Origin: Mobula hypostoma
Taxonomy: Eukaryota
Assembly (NCBI RefSeq): GCF_963921235.1
Contig: NC_086108.1
Location: 27,220,001-27,284,000, forward strand
Direction: 5' to 3'
DNA: 64,000 nt
The stretch's first letter is position 1, and every line of letters begins with the position of its first letter. The notes beneath the pieces are model-generated. The model had not been told where the DNA came from, did no database searches, and saw only the letters and a list, made by a program, of their open reading frames with translations. Both the position numbers and the translations under genes were made by a program. This document shows positions 25,945 to 35,619 of this stretch, piece after piece.

Positions 25945-26565
25945 TAGATTAAGTACATTGTTCCCTGAAAGTGGTGTCGCAGGTAGATAGGGTGGTGATG
26001 AAGACTTTTGGCACGTTGGCCCTCGTCAGTCAGGGCACTGAGTAGAGTAGTTGGATAGTTGGCTGTTACATTGCAGTGGTACAAGATGTTGGAGAGTGCA
26101 CATTTGGAATATTGTGCTCAGTTTTGATCACCCTGCTATAGGAACTAGAAAGAGTGCAGGGGTGGTTCATGATGATATTGCTGGGACTCAAAGGTCTGAG
26201 TTATGGAGATAGACTGAGCAGACTGGGACTTTGTTTACTGGAGTGTTGCAAATTGAGGAAGGATCTTGCAGATTGTTAATAATTCATGAGCAATGTGAAT
26301 TTGTTAATGTGCACTGTTTCTTCTTTTTCCCCATAGTCAATAAATCAAGAACTAGAGGTCATAGGCTTAAGGTAAGAGGGAATCTGATGGACAACTTGTT
26401 CACCCAGAGAGTGGTCCTATAAGTAATCAGCTGCCAGAAGAAGTGGTTGAGGCAGGTACTATAACAACATTTAAGGTACTTTGAGGGATATGAACTGAAT
26501 GCAGGCAGATGAGATTATCTTAGATGGGAATCTTGGTTAGCATGGACCAGTTAGACCAGAGAGCT
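25945..26565 (+). mobile_element. Old CR1 3' fragment
   Basis: 'catttggaatattgtgctcagttttga' (HLEYC.QF) and 'SRTRGHRLKVRG...FTQRVV'. Confidence 0.8.
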
Positions 26566-28535
26566 TTATTCAGTAAATCTAATGAGATAAATGCCAACAT
26601 GGCTTCTGCATGCTATGACAGCAACGATGAACTATAATAGAAAAATTGTAAACACCTTCTTATGAAGCATTTTGGCATATAGAGAGGTAAAAAGATCGGG
26701 GAAGTTGTTTTACAGCTAACTCTCTCTATATCATGTCCTCAAATGGTCACAAGTGCTGAACTGATCCAATGAAGTAACGTTAACTTGAAAATTCATGCCC
26801 ACATTTCATGTTCCACTCTGTTTGCCTCCTCTTCGCCCCCATCACTTTAACAAAGCCTGCAGTGGTGATTATGATGCTAACCAATGCTCAAATCAAATCC
26901 TTCAGAATTAATTAATACTTTCCCTTTAATTGTTTTTGCTCCTTTACTTTTAAATGACAGAGATTTCAGTTGCACAGCATTATACTCAGACCTCAAAGCA
27001 TATCTGAACTCATAAAGATACTTGTGAGCCAACTCAGAAAACTGAGCATAATTGACATGTCAAGTTTGGCAAGCAGAAAAGACCTCTTGTGCCCTGTAAT
27101 TACAACTAAATTGACGCATAATGGTTATTTTTCAGACTTTATTTGACTTTTCCACCGAATCACCCCTACAGTATTATATCTCTAAAATTTAAACCTTAGC
27201 AGTTAGAAAGGAAATGCTAAAATGTTGTGAACAGTCATTCAGCTGTATAACCCCATGATCGGAACATCTTGTTAACTGATTGAATTTTAGAACTACTTTA
27301 ATCCATTTATTCTCAGTGAAAGGAATAATCATAGGTACCATCAAAATATTAATTACACAAGAATAAAAAATCAATAGACCAACTTGAGTGATTGCAATGA
27401 TAATATATTGAACTTGACAGTAACTTCTGGATCGTAACATCCTGTACTTTATAAAACACTCTTTTGAAGACATCACCAATGGGCATCTTTTTGAAATCAC
27501 AAATTTGACTTCAACGTTTTACAAGCCATTTCTTGCTATGAAAACCTTTGAGATTGCTATATCATTTTAAATAATGATGCTAATTTTTAGCCACAATTAC
27601 TATCATCATTAGAGCATAAATTTTAGGTATGAATCTTAATTCCCCCAGATATATAATTTACAACTCTGTATTTTTAAAAACAATTTTCATTTTCATTTTA
27701 TTTTCTAATGTCTAATTATGATCTGTCATTTTGTACCATAAGGATATTATATCAGAATCTTTCTTTTAATTAAAATATCTTTTTAGTTTTTTTCCTTCTG
27801 ACAGAGGTTTGATCTGTAGTGTCAATAATTTCTTTATTCCTACAGATACTGCAAGACCTTCAGTGATCCTCCAAATGATCATTTGTTTGACAATATTTCA
27901 ACATCTGCAATCTCTTGCGTCTTATAGAATTTTTATTTACCTACCAGTTGGCGATAGTGCTCAGTAATTTCCATTTTTTTTCCTTATCCTTTGAGCACAG
28001 GTGGTGAAGGTTCATTTAGCCTTTGTTGTTGTCCCAACTTTGTACCTGAAGTGAATTGTTTTCCATATCATTTCCAAAAGCAGTTAAGAACCAATCATCT
28101 GGCATGGGTCTGGGTTAGACTAAACGAATGTAAATACAATCAGCAATTTTACTTGATTGATGATGTTGGGCATCAAAATCAGGAATTCATTTAACCTTGG
28201 GAAGAGATGAATCCACATCCCCGAACCTAGTCGTACACTATGGGAAGCTTCATTTCATATCAAGGGCCATTGTGTCTTTGAACGGATTGGGTGCTTGCAA
28301 TGATGAAACTAAGACATAAAACATGGAAGCGTATGCATGTACAGTTCAGTATGTCCTTACTCATTTCATTTAAGTTTGAAATGATATCATATTGTAAAGA
28401 AGGAACATTCTGACATATTAAAAGCAGCAAAACATGGCAGCTACTGAAAGCCAACATTAGGAGAGAGATGCAAAGAAGTAAATTGGGAATCAATGTTTCA
28501 TTAATGTCAAACTATAGGCAATATCTTTATATTAG

Positions 28536-28823
28536 TGTAGCGATGTGCTACACACAGCGCTAGAATAACCACACGGAGTCGATGAGTTAGAGTTGCGATG
28601 AAAGAGATTTATTCAAACTTCGCGGCCCGCTTTAAAGCCTTCCCGTTCCCGCCCTCCCTGGGCGGGACTACTGTGGGGAATGCATATTCCCAGACCCTTT
28701 CTGCGCGCAGGATTTTCCCCCTGCTGGTGAAGATGGCCTGGCGCCCTTTTTTGCTGCCGGCCCTCTGCCTGCGTGCGCTGTTTCGTGAGCCGGTTCGTGG
28801 GTGCCAGAAAGTGGGTCGCCACA
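28536..28823 (-). repeat. 3' LTR
   Basis: Direct repeat of 34347-34634; adjacent G-rich PPT at about 28827-28836; AATAAA on the minus strand. Confidence 0.97.
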
Positions 28824-31800
28824 TAACCCCCCCCCAGAACTGGCAATACCTCCCCCAATGTCCACAGTCTGGATCGGCCTCTGTTTGGGAGGTCTGCCCC
28901 TGCGCCGCGGTGCCTGAGCCTGGACCGGTTGCGCCAAGTCCACATGGGCCGGTTTGAGTCGGTCCACCGTGAAAACCTCCTCTCTCCCCCCAGTGTCCAG
29001 CACAAACGTGGACCCGTTGTTCCTGATCACCTTAAACGGCCCCTCGTAGGGCCGCTGTAGCGGTGCCCGGTGTCCGCCCCGTCGTACAAAAAGAAACTTA
29101 CAGTTCTGCAGGTCTTTGGGTACGCAGATCGGGATCTGTCCGTGCTGTGAAGTGGGTATGGGGGCCAGGTTACCGAGCCTCTCCCATAGTCTGTCCAGGA
29201 CTGCTGTGGGTTCTTCATCTTGCCCCCTTGGGGCTGGTATGAACTCTCCTGGGACGACCAGGGGCGCGCCGTACACCAACTCGGCCGACGAGGTGTGTAG
29301 ATCCTCTTTGGGTGCCGTGCGGATTCCGAGCAGGACCCAGGGAAGTTCGTCCACCCAGTTAGGCCCCTCCAGGCGGGCCATGAGAGCCGATTTCAGGTGA
29401 CGGTGGAAGCGCTCCACTAGTCCGTTCGACTGTGGGTGGTAGGCAGTTGTGTGGTGTAGCTGTGTTCCTAAAAGTCTGGCCATAGCCGACCACAGGCTGG
29501 AGGTGAACTGGGCGCCCCTGTCGGAGGTAATGTGGGCCGGTACCCCAAAGCGTGCTACCCAGGTTGCGATCAGTGCTCGGGCGCAGGATTCGGAGGTGGT
29601 GTCGCTGAGCGGGACTGCCTCTGGCCATCTGGTGAACCGGTCTATCATAGTTAGGAGGTACTGCACTCCTCGTGACACTGGCAGGGACCCCACGATATCC
29701 ACATGGATGTGGTCGAACCTCCGGCGGGTGGGTTCGAACTGCTGTGGCGGAGCCTTGGTGTGCCGCTGCACCTTGGCCGTTTGGCACTGCATACACGTTT
29801 TGGCCCATTCACTGACCTGTTTACGAAGTCCATGCCACACAAACCTGTTGGAGACCAGCCGGACAGTTGTCCTGATGGAGGGGTGCGCTAAGTTGTGAAT
29901 GGATTCGAACACCCGCCGGTGCCAGGCTGCTGGGACGACGGGGCGGGGTTGGCCAGTAGCTACGTCACATAGTAGGGTCCTCTCACCTGGGCCTACGGGG
30001 AGGTCTTGGAGCTGCAAACCGGAGACTGCAGTCCTGTAACTGGGGATCTCAGCGTCTGCCTGCTGTGCCTCTGCCAGCGCTGCATAGTCCACCCCCTGGG
30101 ACAGGGCCTGTATGGTAGGTCTGGAAAGTGCGTCTGCCACGACATTGTTCTTTCCAGAGACGGATGTCCGTCGTGTACTCGGAGATGTAGGACAGATGTC
30201 GCTGCTGGCGGGACGACCAGGGGTCAGACACCTTAGTGAACGCAAAGGTAAGTGGTTTGTGGTCTGTGAACGCGGTGAAGGGCCTACCTTCTAAGAAGTA
30301 CCTGAAATGCCGGATTGCCAGGTATAGTGCCAATAGCTCCCGGTCGAAAGCACTGTATTTGAGTTCAGGTGGTCGTAGGTGTTTGCTGAAGAATGCCAGG
30401 GTTTGCCAGCGACCCTCGATGAGTTGTTCCAGCACTCCACCGACTGCTGTGTTGGATGCGTCCACCGTGAGGGCAGTAGGAACGTCCGTTCTGGGGTGCA
30501 CTAGCATTGCGGCGTTTGCCAAGGCTTCTTTGGTTTTAACGAAAGCGGTTGCGGCCTCTTCGTTCCAGGTAATGTCCTTGCCCTTACCCGACATTAGAGT
30601 GAACAAGGGGCGCATGGTTCGGGCTACTGAGGGGAGGAAACGGTGGTAGAAATTCACCATACCCACGAATTCCTGCAAGCCTTTGATTGTGTAGGGTCGG
30701 GGGAAGTGGCGGACCGCGTCTACCTTGGCGGGCAGCGGGGTTGCCCCGTCTTTAGTAATCCTGTGGCCCAGGAAGTCGATGGTGTCGAGTCCGAACTGGC
30801 ATTTGGCTGGATTGATTGTAAGGCCGAATTCACTCAGGCGGGAGTAGAGCTGGCGGAGGTGGGACAGATGTTTCTGACAACTACTGCTGGCTATGAAGAT
30901 GTCGTCCAAATAGATGAATGCAAAGTCCAGGTCACGTCCAACCGCGTCCATTAACCGCTGGAAAGTCTGTGCGGCATTCTTTAGACCAAACGGCATTCAG
31001 AGGAATTCGAAAAGTCCGAACGGGGTGATAAGTGCTGTTTAGGGGATGTCGTCCGGATGTACAGGGATTTGATGGTATCCCCGGACGAGGTCTACCTTGG
31101 AAAAGATCCTTGCGCCGTGTAGGTTTGCTGCGAAGTCTTGAATGTGCGGCACAGGGTAGCGGTCTGGCGTTGTAGCCTCGTTCAGTCTGCGGTAGTCACC
31201 GCATGGTCTCCAGCCCCCCGTTGCCTTGGGCACCATGTGAAGGGGGGAGGCCCATGGGCTGTCGGACCGTCGTATGATCCTTAATTCCTCCATCTTCTTG
31301 AACTCCTCCTTCGCCAGTCAGAGCTTGTCCGGGGGAAGCCTTCGAGCATGGGCGTGGAGGGGTGGTCCCTGGGTCGGGATGTGGTGCTGTACTCCGTGTC
31401 TGGGCATGGCTGCCGTGAACTGCGGTGTCAGTACTGATGGGAAATCTGCGAGGACCCTGGTGAATTCATCGTCGGACAGCGTGATGGAGTCCAGATGTGG
31501 GGCTGGCAACTGTGCTTCACCCAGGGAGAACGTTTGAAAAGTCTTGGCGTGGACTAATCGTTTCCCTTGCAAGTCGACCAGCAGGCTGTGGGCTCGTAGA
31601 AAATCTGCCCCCAGCAGTGGTTGGGCCACGGCGGCCAGTGTGAAGTCCCACGTGAACCGGCTGGAGCTGAACTGTAGCTGCACCGTGCGGGTGCCGTAGG
31701 TTCGTATTGCGCTGCCATTAGCGGCCCTCAGGGTGGGTCCCGGTTCTCTGTTGCGGGTGTCGTAACTCGTTGGAGGTAAGACGCTGATCTCCGCTCCGGT

Positions 31801-31903
31801 GTCGGCCAAAATGCGGCGTCCCGACTGCTTGTCCCAGACGTACAGGAGGCTGACCTGATGGCCAGCCGCCGTAGCCATCAGCGGCGGCTGGCCCTGGCGT
31901 TTC
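28824..31903 (-). pseudogene. pol: Gypsy pol (protease, RT, RNase H, integrase)
   Basis: 'LADTGAEIS'; 'FIYLDD'; 'TVDASNTAVGGVL'; HHCC; 'HVDIVG/TSDRGAQF/ERFHR'; stops near 31318, 31039 and 30998, frameshift near 30165. Confidence 0.95.
31860..31893 (-). promoter_or_regulatory. Stem-loop of the gag-pol -1 ribosomal frameshift signal
   Basis: Perfect 12-bp stem GGCCAGCCGCCG/CGGCGGCTGGCC with a 10-nt loop, 5 nt downstream of ...GAAAC; pol is in the -1 frame relative to gag. Confidence 0.75.
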
Positions 31904-33622
31904 ATAGAAACATAGAAACATAGAAAATAGGTGCAGGAGTAGGCCATTCGGCCCTTCGAGCCTGCACCGCCATTTATTATGATCATGGCTGATCATCCAA
32001 CTCAGAACCCAGCCTTCCCTCCATACCCCCTGACCCCTGTAGCCACAAGGGCCATATCTAACTTCCTTTTAAACATAGCTAATGAACTGGCCTCAACAGT
32101 TTGCTGTGGCAGAGAATTCCACAGATTCACCACTCTCTGTGTGAAGAAGTTTTTCCTAACCTCGGTCCTAAAAGGCTTCCCCTCTATCCTCAAACTGTGA
32201 CCCCTCGTTCTAGACCTCCCCAACATCGGGAACAATCTTCCCGCATCTAGCCTGTCCAATCCCTTTAGGATCTTATACGTTTCAATCAGATCCCCCCTCA
32301 ATCTTCTAAATTCCAATGAGTACAAGCCCAGTTCATCCAGTCTTTCTTCATATGAAAGACCTGCCATCCCAGGAATCAATCTGGTGAACCTTCTTTGTAC
32401 TCCCTCTATGGCAAAGATGTCTTTCCTCAGATTAGGGGACCAAAACTGCACACAATACTCCAGGTGTGGTCTCACCAAGGCCTTGTACAACTGCAGTAGT
32501 ACCTCCCTGCTCCTGTACTCGAATCCTCTCGCTATAAATGCCAGCATACCGTTCGCCTTTTTCACCGCCTGCTGTACCTGCATGCCCACTTTCAATGACT
32601 GGTGTATAATGACACCCAGGTCTCGTTGCACCTCCCCTTTTCCTAATCGGCCACCATTCAGATAATAATCTGTTTTCCTATTTTTGCCACCAAAGTGGAT
32701 AACTTCACATTTATCCACATTAAATTGCATCTGCCATGAGTTTGCCCACTCACCCAACCTATCCAAGTCACCCTGCATCCTCTTAGCATCCTCCTCACTG
32801 CTAACACTGCCACCCAGCTTTGTGTCATCCGCAAACTTGGAGATGCTGCATTTAATTCCCTCATCCAAGTCATTAATATATATTGTAAACAACTGGGGTC
32901 CCAGCACTGAGCCTTGCGGTACCCCACTAGTCACCGCCTGCCATTCTGAAAAGGTCCCGTTTATTCCCACTCTTTGCTTCCTGTCTGCTAACCAATTCTC
33001 CACCCACACCAATACCTTACCCCCAATACCGTGTGCTTTAAGTTTGCACACTAATCTCCTGTGTGGGACCTTGTCAAAAGCCTTTTGAAAATCCAAATAT
33101 ACCACATCCACTGGTTCTCCCCTATCCACTCTACTAGTTACATCCTCAAAAAATTCTATGAGATTCGTCAGACATGATTTTCCTTTCACAAATCCATGCT
33201 GACTTTGTCCGATCATTTCACCGCTTTCCAAATGTGCTGTTATCACATCCTTGATAACTGACTCCAGCAGTTTCCCCACCACCGACGTTAGGCTAACCGG
33301 CCTATAATTCCCCGGTTTCTCTCTCCCTCCTTTTTTAAAAAGTGGGGTTACATTAGCCACCCTCCAATCCTCAGGAACTAGTCCAGAATCTAACGAGTTT
33401 TGAAAAATTATCACTAATGCATCCACTATTTCTTGGGCCACTTCCTTAAGCACTCTGGGATGCAGACCATCTGGCCCTGGGGATTTATCTGCCTTCAATC
33501 CCTTCAATTTACCTAACACCACTTCCCTACTAACATGTATTTCGCTCAGTTCCTCCATCTCACTGGACCCTCTGTCCCTTACTATTTCTGGAAGATTATT
33601 TATGTCCTCCTTAGTGAAGACA
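31904..33622 (-). mobile_element. 5'-truncated young CR1 LINE nested in the Gypsy
   Basis: Uninterrupted RT; (TTTCTATG)n tail; TSD GTTTC (31899-31903, 33623-33627); very similar to 45568-47282. Confidence 0.97.
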
Positions 33623-33834
33623 GTTTCCTGGGAATTTGCAGGGCGGTCTGCAGCGGCGGGCCTCCGTGCCCCACCGCTGCTGGTAGAAACACCATTGTTC
33701 GTTGGGCTCCTCACTCCCATCGCCGGGTTTTGTAGGCTCTGCTGCCGGGCCTGGTCTGGTCTGTCGTTGGGCACACGGCTTGGTAATCTGTCCGACGGAT
33801 GGCCCTCTCTCTTTCCTGGCATTCCACAGCGCAT
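32002..33834 (-). CDS. Chimeric 610-aa ORF: about 70 aa of out-of-frame gag sequence fused to an intact CR1 RT domain
   Basis: ATG at 33834; junction '...ANSQET|VFTKEDINN'; 'KFADDTKLGG'; ends at the native CR1 stop. Expression unknown. Confidence 0.5.
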   Translation of the reverse strand: MRCGMPGKREGHPSDRLPSRVPNDRPDQARQQSLQNPAMGVRSPTNNGVSTSSGGARRPAAADRPANSQETVFTKEDINNLPEIVRDRGSSEMEELSEIHVSREVVLGKLKGLKADKSPGPDGLHPRVLKEVAQEIVDALVIIFQNSLDSGLVPEDWRVANVTPLFKKGGREKPGNYRPVSLTSVVGKLLESVIKDVITAHLESGEMIGQSQHGFVKGKSCLTNLIEFFEDVTSRVDRGEPVDVVYLDFQKAFDKVPHRRLVCKLKAHGIGGKVLVWVENWLADRKQRVGINGTFSEWQAVTSGVPQGSVLGPQLFTIYINDLDEGIKCSISKFADDTKLGGSVSSEEDAKRMQGDLDRLGEWANSWQMQFNVDKCEVIHFGGKNRKTDYYLNGGRLGKGEVQRDLGVIIHQSLKVGMQVQQAVKKANGMLAFIARGFEYRSREVLLQLYKALVRPHLEYCVQFWSPNLRKDIFAIEGVQRRFTRLIPGMAGLSYEERLDELGLYSLEFRRLRGDLIETYKILKGLDRLDAGRLFPMLGRSRTRGHSLRIEGKPFRTEVRKNFFTQRVVNLWNSLPQQTVEASSLAMFKRKLDMALVATGVRGYGGKAGF

Positions 33835-34306
33835 CTGCTCGGGCTGCCACCTCCCGGGGGTTGCTGAAATCTGCGTCGGACAGCAGCAGGCATATGTCCT
33901 CGGGCAGTTGCTCTAGGAACGCCTGCTCAAACATGAGGCAGGGTTTGTGTCCTTCAGCCAGGGCCAGCATCTCGTTCATTAATGCTGACGGCGGCCTGTC
34001 TCCCAAACCATCCAGGTGCATTAAGCGGCGTGCTCGTTCGCGCCGTGAGAGTCCGAAAGTCCTTATGAGCAGGGCTTTGAATGCTGTGTATTTGCCGTCC
34101 TCCGGGGGCGACTGTATAAACTCCTCAACTTGTGCAGTAGTCTCCTGGTCGAGGGAGCTCAGCACGTAGTAGTAGCGAGTGGACTCCGAGGTTATCTGCC
34201 GAATGTGGAATTGTGCTTCTGCTTGTTCGAACCATAAATGGGGTCGCAGCGTCCAGAAGCTTGGCAGTTTTAACGAAACTGCGTGAACAGATGCAGCGTC
34301 GGTCAT
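33623..34306 (-). CDS. gag: Gypsy gag
   Basis: Open frame 'MTDAASVHAVSLKLPSFW...WCFYQQRWGTEARRCRPPCKFPGN', truncated by the CR1 insertion a few codons before its end. Confidence 0.85.
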
Positions 34307-34330
34307 CTCTGGTCCAAATATCGTTTGGGC

Positions 34331-34344
34331 CGTCGGGGTCACCA
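34331..34344 (-). other. Primer-binding site, tRNA-Trp
   Basis: TGGTGACCCCGACG 2 nt inside the 5' LTR; complementary to the 3' end of vertebrate tRNA-Trp. Confidence 0.85.
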
Positions 34345-34346
34345 AT

Positions 34347-34634
34347 TGTAGCGATGTGCTACACACAGCGCTAGAATAACCACACGGAGTCGGTGAGTTA
34401 GAGTTGCGATGAAAGAGATTTATTCAAACTTCGCGGCCCGCTTTAAAGCCTTCCCGTTCCCGCCCTCCCTGGGCGGGACTACTGTGGGGAATGCATATTC
34501 CCAGACCCTTTCTGCACGCGGGATTTTCCCCCTGCTGGTGAAGATGGCCTGGCGCCCTTTTTTGCTGCCGGCCCTCTGCCTGCGCGCGCTGTTTCGTGAG
34601 CCGGTTCGTGGGTGCCAGAAAGTGGGTCGCCACA
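34347..34634 (-). repeat. 5' LTR
   Basis: Direct repeat of 28536-28823. Confidence 0.97.
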
Positions 34635-35139
34635 TTAGCATATTTACACAAGGGGAATGCTCACACTTCTTTAACCATGCCATCTTGCACAATTACCTGC
34701 TGCCAGGTTTTTATGAAGTGGAGACATTAGGAAACTAATGACAAGAACATTAGCTAAATATTACATCCTAAAATTCTGACAGCAGAAGTGCAGGCAACTG
34801 TGCACTGTGGAGGCAATTAAGGTGTGAAGATTTCCCCAGAGTGAAAATCTTAACATAAAGCTGCTGTTTATAAACCAAAGAACATGCCTGATATCCTCTT
34901 CTAATAGTTCATTCAACATCTCATTTACCATGCTGTCTTGTAAGTATATGGCATTAGTTATTTGTGAGAATCAGCTTCTTCTTCTCAGACACCCTCAGCA
35001 TGTAACTAAAAGTCCAATGTTTGGTAGACAACTAGCATGCCAATGAAAAGATGGGTTGAACAGCCTACCTGCTTTTTTGTTATAACTAACTTGTTAAAGA
35101 TACATCTCAGAATGGGATAGACATTAGGTATGTCGTAAT

Positions 35140-35500
35140 TGACCTCCTCAGTTTTTATCAATGCACCATAGAATGATTATTCAGATGCATCATGGGTTGC
35201 TATGGCAACTGCTCTGCCTGAGACCAGAAGAAACTGCAGAGAGGTATAGACACAGTTCAGCACATCACAGAAGATAGCTGTTTCCACAACCCCCACCCCC
35301 GCCCACTGATGCCTCAGTACAGCAGCCAACATAATCAAAGATCCCATTCATTCCGACATTCTCTTTTACCACACCTCCCCCCCCCAACTCCCAGTGGGCA
35401 GAAGATACAAAAATATGAAAGCATATACCACCAGACTGAAAGACAACTTATATCCAACTGTTATACATCTACAGAACAGCCCCTTGGTGCAATAAAATGG
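35140..35500 (+). mobile_element. Old Rex1/Babar-like 3' fragment (tail apparently continues at 39784-39819 and 40264-40390)
   Basis: 'ttttatcaatgcaccatagaa', 'aagaaactgcagagag', 'aacataatcaaagatccc'. Confidence 0.7.
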
Positions 35501-35619
35501 ATTTTTTATATATATATATATATATAGTTTACCACATTCACCCCTCCTTTTTTTTAAAAAGAGTCCCGCGGGGTGAAGTGACTGACAATATTTACAACAA
35601 GTATATTTACAGGTTAAGT

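Larger units (their letters stand above)
28536..34634 (-). mobile_element. Full-length Ty3/Gypsy LTR retrotransposon (young, disrupted)
   Basis: Two 288-bp TG...CA LTRs with 4 substitutions; TSD TTAG (28532-28535, 34635-34638); PBS, PPT; domain order gag-PR-RT-RH-IN. Confidence 0.97.

Noticed and set aside
27189..27500. 103-aa hydrophobic ORF
   Set aside because: AT-rich sequence, no recognisable family, no convincing splice context
28668..28823. Integrase ORF extending about 50 codons into the 3' LTR
   Set aside because: The frame depends on the length of the PPT G-run; pol read-through into the LTR is common and pol is already broken upstream
33611..33634. Gag-CR1 RT fusion via the native -1 frameshift
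   Set aside because: The CR1 RT is in the +1 frame relative to gag, the heptamer is imperfect and the hairpin is displaced
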